From the NCBI RefSeq assembly GCF_006345805.1, contig NW_021824038.1, positions 1 to 20,067 on the forward strand: a DNA stretch of 20,067 nt, written 5' to 3'. This document shows, one piece after another, positions 11,552 to 20,067 of the stretch (position 1 is the first letter of the stretch; every line of letters starts with the position of its first letter). The stretch is from Octopus sinensis (lineage: Eukaryota). The position numbers were made by a program, and so were the translations under genes. A model generated the notes under the pieces. That model worked only from the letters and a program-made list of their open reading frames with translations, did not search any database and was not told the DNA's origin.

Positions 11552-12644
11552 GTGTTGAGCGTACAGCTTGCTGGTAACCGCAGCAGTCTTGGCCCGATGA
11601 GCCACTGTCGTTAGACCTCAAAATCGACAGATAGGACTGCGCAGACTGATTCTCACTTTAGAACTACTAAGGACAGCCAGGAAGAAAAACTCTTCAGTGT
11701 CTGGAGATCAGTTTATACAGCTTGAAGGCGAGACACTCTTCTTCATTATCTTCGAATACAAAGAAACTGCCACTATTGTTTAGTTAAGACACCTTGCGCT
11801 TTAAGTTCAAACCCAGCCAGAGTTAAAACGGTTGATTTTGAACTCCAGTGTTGATAAAAATCGGCTTGAAGTCACAAATGAGATCGATATAATCAGATAC
11901 AACTCTCCTCTTTATATGTTCTGTCTTGTACTAATGTTTAAAATCAATATTTCAGTATATCAAAGCAGAAAGAAGTCTGTGATAAGATCTAGAAGAAGAA
12001 AAAAAACAGTCGTTGCGTTAATAAAAACAAAATAGTTCCTTGTAGATCTGAATAATGAGGGTCGTTTAAGAACAAAACAAAGATAAGAGAAGACAACTGC
12101 TCAACTACTTCTCTATCAAATTTATGTTCTTATTTACATATGGACAGAAAAAAAGCAAATAGCGTCGTTTATTTGCAGATTAATACAGAGATATACGTTT
12201 CATAGGAAACTTGCATCATTTTGTATCTGCAAAAAACTTTATGAGATAAAGTGATTTGTTGGGGTTTTTTGAGGGGGTTTTTATTTTTCAGTTTTTTTTT
12301 CTCGATCGTAATTTTTCCTGGTTTTTCGTTTCTTTTTCTTTTTTCTTATTTGGCTTTTATTTTTCAAAAATTAGATACCGAGGAAGTATAAAATTATGAT
12401 GATAAACGGGGAAGCTTTGCGTGTAAAGGAAATTGCATGACAGATGCTGTATGGCAGATAAGATATGAAATACTACATCACATATCTTTGTTAAATACAA
12501 TGTCTTCCAGTGTTTTCGGTGACCTCGGGGACAGGGAAAGTCGCTGGGCTCAAATGTTAACGTCGCCTCCTTGTCTGCGCGATTCGTTTCTAGGGAAAGA
12601 AAAATTCCTAACATCGGGCTACAAGTAACCTTAGAGGCTATTAT

Positions 12645-12654
12645 TATCATCATT

Positions 12655-12713
<59 letters not shown>

Positions 12714-12736
12714 TATTATTATTATTATTATTATTA
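12645..12736. repeat. (ATC)n then (ATT)n
   Basis: Direct reading. Confidence 0.95.
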
Positions 12737-13126
12737 CTAGCAGTATCGCCCGGCGTTGCTCGGGTTTGTTTCGACCCTTTAGAATTGAAATTTTTGAAAA
12801 GTAAAACTTTTGCATTATGTAGCTTGTTATTCTCTTTAAGTGAACATTTTTCTGGTTGAAATGCACCGAAAAATGGCAGCACAGCAGTCAAAAAATCGTA
12901 AAAAATAGGGATTTTCATAGAAAAAAAGCACCTTTTTGATGTAAATAATTTTTGGTGTTAACATGGTCCGATTTGAATTTTATCTTCTACGGTAGGAAGA
13001 GCAAGCCTTCTTCTATCATACTCTCAATTTTTGTCAACTTGCACCGCAGAGTCACGGAGGAGATAGTGTTAGTTGAAGGCTACCAAACCTGCCACACACA
13101 GACAACTTCAGCTTTATATATATAGA
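12737..13126 (-). mobile_element. Non-autonomous Helitron, 390 bp
   Basis: Minus strand begins TC (13126-13125) and ends CTAG (12740-12737). GC hairpin CCCGAGCAACGCCGGG lies 8 nt before the CTAG. Inserted between A and T with no TSD; removing it restores perfect (TTA)n. Confidence 0.9.
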
Positions 13127-13233
13127 TTATTATTATTATTATTCTATGTTTGACTTTTGCTTTATGTCTGTACAAGTTGGCTCCAAGTCTCACCCAGAGA
13201 CCTCAAGAGACAACAGGTTGGAAGTTCTGTGCC

Positions 13234-13267
13234 ATTATTATTATTATTATTATAATTATTATTATTA

Positions 13268-13313
<46 letters not shown>

Positions 13314-13337
13314 CATATTTACTATTATTATTATTAT
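13234..13337. repeat. (ATT)n
   Basis: Direct reading. Confidence 0.95.
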
Positions 13338-13899
13338 GGATTACTGTTCTGCTGTTGTGACCTTTTACCAACGCTGTGTACGCGACTTTCACATGATGTA
13401 ACGGGGAAGAAAAGTTTAAAACTATTAACAAAATTACTGCGTGTATTTGTTCATTAATAATTGCATCGTATACCGTGGAGCTAACACTTGGATGTTTTCG
13501 CTTTAAATTATAAACGCAATACGAAGAATATACTTGTTTGGCTATCAAATTATTGCAATACAAACCTTTCCGCCCTGAGGCGTTCTGCTATTATTCAACG
13601 CAGATAACATGTTCCTCTGAACGAGGTTTTTCAAAGGTTCTCCTTGTTTATAGGTTTCTTAGAAAAACCTTGTGAAAAATATGTTTCACACTGAGAAAGC
13701 AGGGAAGATATTAACTTCAACAAATCTCTATAAAAAAGAAAACTGGCAAAGAAAGACGATTGAAAGTGCCTATGTGTGAGTATTGAATGTGATTTTTATG
13801 CTTGCTTCTGGTGTGCCATTGTATTGGTGTTTGTAGGAAATTTATGAATGAATGAATGGCAAAGTACTTCCATCCAGTAACATTCTTTTAAGTACAAGT

Positions 13900-14417
13900 C
13901 GTGTAATATTATATATATATATATATATTATATTATATATATATATCATGTTATTTTTGTCTTCTATGAAACTCGTGTTTATATATGCATGTATGTGTAT
14001 ATGTATGCAAACATACATATATTCGCATACATCAATTTGTATATACATATACGTATATATGTATGTATATGTATATGCATATATATATATACATAGATAC
14101 ACACACGCACACACACATATATATATACATGTATAGATTCACATATATATATACACACACACACATACATATGTATTTACAGATGTGTGCACGTGTATAT
14201 ATATATATATGTATATATATATGTATATATATATATATAAAACATATCTATCTATCTACTTTTCTATATGTGTGCCTGTCTGTCTATCCCTCTATATGTA
14301 TATATATATATATATTTACGTGTTTGTGTGCGCGTGTGTGTGTACATAAATATATATATACATAATACATACATATATATATATAAATAAATGTCAATAT
14401 ATATATGTGTGTGTGTG

Positions 14418-14457
<40 letters not shown>

Positions 14458-14480
14458 CACGCACCACGCACACACACCTA
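13900..14480. repeat. (TA)/(CA)/(TG)-rich low-complexity tract
   Basis: Direct reading. Confidence 0.85.
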
Positions 14481-14599
14481 TATGCGTCGATATTGATAAT
14501 GCACTTGTATTTGTGCATGTATGGAATTCGTTATTGCATAGATATGGAGGAAACGTACAGAACCTCCTTTAAATATTATCGTTTATTTCTTTGGCACCA

Positions 14600-14880
14600 C
14601 TCCACCAAAATAATGGATGTGCAACGTAAGTGCATCTTCAACCTATTGTACATGTAACGTGTTGCTATAAAACACAGCCACAGCAAGGGGCAGTAGCGTG
14701 TGCACCGGCAACAACAGTTGTAATACTGAGGTGGATATTGTAAGTGCATGTCATTTGTTATATAGAATTCTTTGTAATTGTCCGGGTATATTTAACTAAA
14801 GTACTCGTTGAAAGGGAAAACAATTGGTTAAGAATTTCCGGGTATATTAGGTTAGAATTTTGTCATATTGCATTTTCGAG
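14600..14880 (-). pseudogene. Possible decayed PLE linker/endonuclease fragment
   Basis: CCCRCTRYCPLLWLC has the same spacing as CNFKNESSCPLEGKC of the large ORF; flanked by RKCNMTKF*P and VFY..TVT...TYVA in shifted frames. Confidence 0.4.
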
Positions 14881-14981
14881 GCTATAAATGTAGAAAGCCT
14901 GATAATTCAGAAAACCTTTTCTGCAATGAATATTCTAATCGATAGATAGGATTTGGTGGCCATTGTGCGATACATATTTAG

Positions 14982-15018
<37 letters not shown>

Positions 15019-15113
15019 GAGAATGTATAATGCATGTTAAAAGTATGTAGCACATACTGTTAAAAGTATGTTGGGTATGCATACATGTATATGCATGTAT
15101 TTATGTGTGTATG

Positions 15114-15114
<1 letters not shown>

Positions 15115-15152
<38 letters not shown>
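15115..15152. repeat. (CA)n
   Basis: Direct reading. Confidence 0.95.
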
Positions 15153-15155
<3 letters not shown>

Positions 15156-15219
15156 TATATATATTTTTTAGTACGGAGCAAATAATTCACGAGAGAAAAT
15201 TATTCACGGGAAAATAATT

Positions 15220-15310
15220 TATATATATATATATATAATACATACCCCAAATGCCACACTAGGACTCAACCAGCATACTATGGACTGATTGGGAACCACA
15301 CCTGCGCCTT

Positions 15311-15344
<34 letters not shown>

Positions 15345-15480
15345 AGATATATATATATATATAATATATATATATATAGATATATTATTATATATCTATA
15401 TATAATATATATAATTATATAATATATATATATATATATAATATCATATTTCATATATATAATATATATATAATATATAT
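15220..15480. repeat. (TA)n-rich tract, flanking the 3' end of the PLE
   Basis: Direct reading; interrupted by about 70 bp of unique sequence. Confidence 0.85.
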
Positions 15481-15577
15481 ACCGGAGTAAACACATAAAT
15501 GTGAAACAAGGTGGAAAAAAGAGTACTCAAATACCAGTGGTAGAGTAATATGCTTTATTTTAAGCAGCAGAAAATTC

Positions 15578-15631
15578 AACAAAATCTGTTACTCTGAGTT
15601 TCTCGTTGCCGTTCATCAGACAGTTTTTGCT
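15578..15631 (-). ncRNA. Minimal type I hammerhead ribozyme (sense to the PLE ORF)
   Basis: AGCAAAAACUGU-CUGAUGA-ACGGCAACGA-GAAA-CUCAGAG-UA-ACAGAUUUUGUU: intact core, GUA cleavage triplet, 11-bp helix I with one A.A mismatch, palindromic helix III. Confidence 0.85.
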
Positions 15632-16643
15632 AGAATGGAACATATATATTAATTCAATCTATACTCTTACAAACGCTACACCTTTAAAAAGAAATGGACT
15701 TGTTTGATTGGCCCTTTAGAAAAAACGGTCAATCTTCGAGCGATAAACAAAAGGTCAAAAATATATGTATATATATATAAACTTATAAAAATTATAAAAT
15801 CCGAGGAAAAACCGAGGAAAAAACCTATTGCCGTTAATGAAGACAGTACAAATTAATGCATAGAAATTAAACCTGTTATAAATACTGCAATACATATTTA
15901 TATAAAATCCACATATATATATCAACATACACAAAAGGATGCGCGTAAACGCCATACATACATATACAGACGTATGAATATGAATCTAAATTATACACAT
16001 AAAAGCATGTGTACATATATTCACGCAAACCGTCTCGCACGCAAGCTAAAATTCATCTATGTAGCAATTCTCATATACTGAGCAAGGAGGGGGAACGAAA
16101 GAAAGGGAAAGAGAGAAAAAGGAACGAAGGAGGGGTGGGGAAAAAAATTTGTAGCGATGTTATTTGGCATCTATAGAGGCCAGTATACATACACAAGTTT
16201 GAATTGATACATATACATACCGTCGTGTGTATGCGTGCTTAAGCACAAGCATACTTTCACTTACACATACACAGATACGCATGCTTACAAATACATATGC
16301 TTTGCTATACACAAACTTATATAAACATTCTAAATTTGACAACATTGCTTTTTTTAAAAAAAACATTGCTTTTAAAAATGGGTGCATTAATAAAAATATA
16401 TACGAAAGACATATAAAATAAAATATAACATCCTATTTTGGGTCATTTATAAATAATCAAGGTAATATAAATAATAAGGTAATCTTATGCAATACAATAA
16501 CATGAAAACAAAGTTTGTAGGTTTTTCCTAATATATATGTAGAAACAATAAGACTTTGCTATAGGTCCGTTGTAGCGCTCAAGAGTCAAAATCAAAATCA
16601 AAAAATCAAAATACAAAATATATACTCTATCCATATGGTATAT

Positions 16644-17828
16644 TTATATTCGACATTTAAATTTAGCCGCGTGCCTACATAAGTTCATTAACTCACTTCT
16701 TTGATTCAAAGAATTATTGTCTTTGAATAATATGTGCATTTTTTCTAATAAGCAAAGCTTGCACTTGAAATTATATTTGTAAGCTCCATGCCTGTATGGT
16801 GCCGCCCTGTCCAGAATGCTCCATGTCACGTTGAAAGGTGGGGCTTCCTTTTCTTTTAGTTCCCAGACATATTTTGCTAGGCTGGTTTTCTTTCTATTCT
16901 CTGGGTATTTAAAAGAATTCTTATGAGAATAAAATCTTGTTTTAAATGAATTTTCTGAAGCCCCTGTGTATGTCTTGTATTCCGATGAGCCTTCCACTTG
17001 CACCTTGGCTCTATAAACTACTCCTTTCACTAGACATTTCCCTTCTAACGGACAGGAGCTTTCGTTTTTGAAATTACATTTCTTAATGGGCTCGGCACCA
17101 TGTCTAATCTCAATTAGCTTCCTATTATGTTGGCTAATGTAAGAGGCGAAATTTCTGCAACAAGAATAGCTAACCTTCAGGGTTCTTCTATTAAATATTC
17201 TGTAGAATTTATGACCCTGCTTAAAATGCTTAGAGACTAATCTCAAAAATTCCTTACCTATATTAGTCTTTACGGCCAAATTGAAAGCCGGGTTGAACCA
17301 CAAAACTTTCCTGGTCCTAGTTCTTCGTGCAGCATTATTATTAGCATTAAGCTGGTTGAACTGGATCTTCTCCGAGAATCCACTATTCTTTAATGCGCTA
17401 TCGTAATAAGGTGCAGCATTATGGAATGCTGCCTCGTCCGAAGAAATTGAAGATATTCTTCTACCTACATTGCTGACTAAGTTGCTAAGGATAACTGGTG
17501 GATGGTTCGAATCTTTGCTAATATACGATAGCTTTTCATTGGGCTTACGGAAAGGTTTAAATCTATCCGATCTTACATTAAAATTTACGTCTAAAAAATC
17601 TACACTATTCAGGTTAGTATCTATCGTAATCCGTAAGCCCATCCTTTGAAAGAAAGCTATAAGGTCCTTCCTAAGTCTATCTGATTCATGGCCGTTTAGA
17701 TTATGCGTGGCTATAAGGCCGTCATCCCTATATAGACCTGCATCTATAAATGGGAATTCTATTTTTAGATTATGGAGAATAAAGGCTCCTATGAGCATAC
17801 ATAATTCAGCCCCGTCGTATGCCCCCAT
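16644..17828 (-). CDS. PLE reverse transcriptase (C-terminal part) plus GIY-YIG-like endonuclease; open segment of a longer frameshifted ORF
   Basis: MGAYDGAELC, GLYRDDGL, VDFLDVNF, SNHPP, LWFNPAF, CPLEGKC, VVY...TYTG, RFYSH, CKLCLLEK, LNQRSEL..CRH. The listed Met is internal, not the true start. Confidence 0.85.
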   Translation of the reverse strand: MGAYDGAELCMLIGAFILHNLKIEFPFIDAGLYRDDGLIATHNLNGHESDRLRKDLIAFFQRMGLRITIDTNLNSVDFLDVNFNVRSDRFKPFRKPNEKLSYISKDSNHPPVILSNLVSNVGRRISSISSDEAAFHNAAPYYDSALKNSGFSEKIQFNQLNANNNAARRTRTRKVLWFNPAFNLAVKTNIGKEFLRLVSKHFKQGHKFYRIFNRRTLKVSYSCCRNFASYISQHNRKLIEIRHGAEPIKKCNFKNESSCPLEGKCLVKGVVYRAKVQVEGSSEYKTYTGASENSFKTRFYSHKNSFKYPENRKKTSLAKYVWELKEKEAPPFNVTWSILDRAAPYRHGAYKYNFKCKLCLLEKMHILFKDNNSLNQRSELMNLCRHAAKFKCRI

Positions 17829-18612
17829 CGGTACATCGAAAAGAGAATCCTCAGTCTTCTTAATCCAGGTGGAATCCTCGAAAAAAGAAGCGATTTCCTC
17901 GCATGCATAATAATTTCAATTTCCGAGCTATCGATGTTGACATACTGCTTGGCGAAGTCCAATGCCCTTAGGAGCAACGTCCTAGATATCGACGGGTAAA
18001 AGTCAATAATGTCGAATTGTGTGAACTACAATTATTCTTATAGCTAATACCTTTAAACCACTCTATAACTGACTTACTATTCTTCCAAATTCTCAAGTCT
18101 ACTTCACTATCTAACTTAACTAAAATACGGTCTAAAATATTTTTGCTAATAATTCCTATCTCAGTTTTAGCCGGATTTATCAATCTACATTTGGGGTTTC
18201 TACTAATTGTCTTTTATGGTCTTTCAGAGTAATAAAAGCTGGTCGTGGTGAAAGGTATTCAATCCTATCGCTAATCTTAAGATCGTTAGCTATTCCTCTT
18301 GCTTCTAAGTTCACCTCTTTGTATATATTCGTGTGTTGTCTTTTTTTGTACGTGTCCGTGACACTATTCGAAATCAGGCGTTTATAAACGTCCTTATCAA
18401 GTGCATATAAGTTCTTGTCTTGTCAGAATTAACGAAGATCTTATTCGAGCCGTTAATCTTCCTTAATTTTTTCTCTCATGTTTTTTTTGCAATTGGTTGG
18501 TAAATTTGCGGAATTTAATTTTCCTAATAAGCTCGAAAAGGTCTTTCTCGAAGGCTTCTAATTCCGGAATCGGTGGTGGTTTTCTGGGAGATTTAAATCC
18601 ATATTTGTTACC
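17829..18612 (-). pseudogene. N-terminal, frameshifted part of the PLE RT ORF
   Basis: Across about six single-base frameshifts: NKYGFKSPRKPPPIPELEAFEKDLFELIRKIKFRK, IFVNSDKT, AFITLKDHK, NPKCRLINPAKTEIG, VIEWFK, QFDIIDFYPSIS, IIMHARKSLLF, FDVPMG. No in-frame stop seen in the reconstructed path. Confidence 0.8.
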
Positions 18613-18735
18613 TAGCGTTTGTAAGAGTATAGAAGAATTATTATATGTTCCATTCTAGCAAGAACTGTCTGATGAACGGCAACGAGAAACTCAGAGTAAC
18701 AGATTTTGTTGAATTTTCTGCTGCTTAAAATAAAG
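18613..18735 (+). repeat. Inverted copy of PLE pseudo-LTR segment 15553-15678
   Basis: Reverse complement of 15553-15678 with a few substitutions and small indels. Confidence 0.95.
18657..18710 (+). ncRNA. Minimal type I hammerhead ribozyme (antisense to the PLE ORF)
   Basis: CUGAUGA 18669-18675, GAAA 18686-18689, ACUCAGAGU 18689-18697, predicted cleavage after A18698; helix I 18657-18668 pairs with 18699-18710. Confidence 0.85.
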
Positions 18736-19149
18736 TATATATATATATATACATAGATTGATAGATTAGAGACAGGTATTCTCTCCATTTTGTTAACACC
18801 TGAATATATATATGCATATATATGTATGTACGTATGTATATGCATATGTGTCTGTGTGTTTGTGTGTGTGTGCGTGTATGCATCTGTATATACTACATGA
18901 ACAGCCTGTATAATGCGGTTTCATAAAAACTTGAATCAATGACCTCTCACGTGTAAAAAGAAACAAATAAAAAATACAAACAAAATGAAAACGAAAAAAA
19001 AATTTTTTAAACCTGCGCCATGTTTCTTATTGTCTGCATCCTATTTTTCAGGGTTGTGGGTCATGGAAGGAAAAGACAAGACGTGAAAGGAAGTAATTTC
19101 AATAACCGTAGAATTATTGTAAGTCTTTTAATTAGAGGATAGAATCCGG

Positions 19150-19300
19150 TTTTGAAGAAACTAGAGAACGTCTGAATGCCAGTGCGAATTAGTTCATCGT
19201 AGAATTTTATTATTGGATAACTGTTCACAACTGGCGGCATTTGAACTTGTTTGAACTTCACTAATTAGATAACTTTAAAAGCGTCTGAATCAAAGGATGG
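19150..19300 (+). pseudogene. Possible pogo/Tigger DDE transposase fossil
   Basis: RILLLDNCS at 19201-19227 followed by TSLI...RLNQ resembles the ILLLLDNCSAH...TSLIQPLDQG motif; multiple stops. Confidence 0.3.
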
Positions 19301-19664
19301 AAGCTATACGATGTTGCAATTTTCGTTTTTAAAGTATCTATAAATAAACAGGAAATAAAATAGAAACCATTTTCGTAAGGTTAGTCAGTTGACGCCGAGA
19401 TATATACTCTTTTACTTGTTTCAGTCATTTGGCTGCGGCTATGCTGGAGCACCGCCTTTTAGTCGAGCAAATCGATCCCCATGACTTATTCTTTGTAAGC
19501 CTAGTACTTATTTTATCAGTCGCTTTTTGCCGAACCGCTAAGTTACGGGTACGTAAACACACCAGCATCAGTTGTCAAGGGATGTTGCGGTGGGGACAAA
19601 CACAGACACACAAACATATACACACACATACTTATATTATATATATATATATAGAGAGAGAGAG

Positions 19665-19797
<133 letters not shown>

Positions 19798-19898
19798 CTG
19801 TAAATGTAATATCTGACAATATATAGCCAAGATAAAACTCTGAGTTTCGGATGCCGAGGAGGAAATCCACGCCACCATCTCTTCAGTTATCCGGCGAT

Positions 19899-19900
<2 letters not shown>
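19798..19900 (-). mobile_element. ~103-bp insert consisting mostly of a hammerhead ribozyme (truncated PLE 3' end or mini-element)
   Basis: Unique sequence between (TA)n and (GATA)n; absent from the equivalent position of the SINE copy at 5740-5962. Confidence 0.65.
19826..19895 (-). ncRNA. Type I hammerhead ribozyme, second family
   Basis: GCCGGAUAA-CUGAAGA-GAUG...CAUCC-GAAA-CUCAGAG-UU-UUAUCUUGGC: core 19886-19880, GAAA 19848-19845, GUU triplet, helix I about 9 bp with one bulge. Confidence 0.8.
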
Positions 19901-19941
<41 letters not shown>

Positions 19942-20067
19942 GACGGGCTTCTTTCAGTTTCCGCCTACCTAATACACTCACAAGGCTTTGGTCGGCCCGA
20001 GGCTATAGTAGAAGACACTTGCCGAAGGTGCCACGCAGTGGGACTGAACCCGGAACCATGTGGTTTG

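Larger units (their letters stand above)
15481..18735 (-). mobile_element. Penelope-like retroelement with C-terminal endonuclease (probably Hydra-type), 5'-truncated, with an inverted pseudo-LTR segment
   Basis: RT plus GIY-YIG-like ORF 18612-16644, ~1-kb 3' region, hammerhead-bearing pLTR at 15481-15678, inverted copy at 18613-18735, (TA)n on both flanks. Clade name from recalled motifs. Confidence 0.88.

Noticed and set aside
12150-12215. VVY-x9-FIG as a GIY-YIG motif
   Set aside because: Isolated short motif with no supporting residues; plausible by chance.
13700-13780. KIL...WQRKTIESAY as the end of a Penelope endonuclease
   Set aside because: Too short and unsupported upstream.
16644-18612. 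Selenocysteine recoding as in some Naiad PLEs
   Set aside because: No in-frame TGA in the reconstructed ORF, and the endonuclease is C-terminal rather than N-terminal.

Overview
AT-rich, microsatellite-dense eukaryotic DNA with no recognisable host gene. The SINE families resemble those I recall from octopus genomes, so a cephalopod origin is an inference. The main feature is a ~3.25-kb Penelope-like retroelement (PLE) on the minus strand (15481-18735). It encodes an RT with a YRDD motif and a C-terminal GIY-YIG-like endonuclease, sits in (TA)n, and carries two inverted copies of a minimal type I hammerhead ribozyme. A third, unrelated hammerhead with the same palindromic helix III (ACUCAGAGU) lies in a ~103-bp insert inside a SINE (19798-19900). 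Also present: a clean non-autonomous Helitron in (TTA)n, a ~1-kb foldback with ~350-bp arms, a head-less tandem SINE array, LINE-like 3' ends in (GATA)n that share the SINE tail, a decayed LINE ORF1-like region, a 3 x 220-bp tandem repeat, several decayed PLE fossils and many microsatellites. Nearly all other ORFs in the track are translations of simple repeats. All structures were derived by eye; no database or folding software was run.
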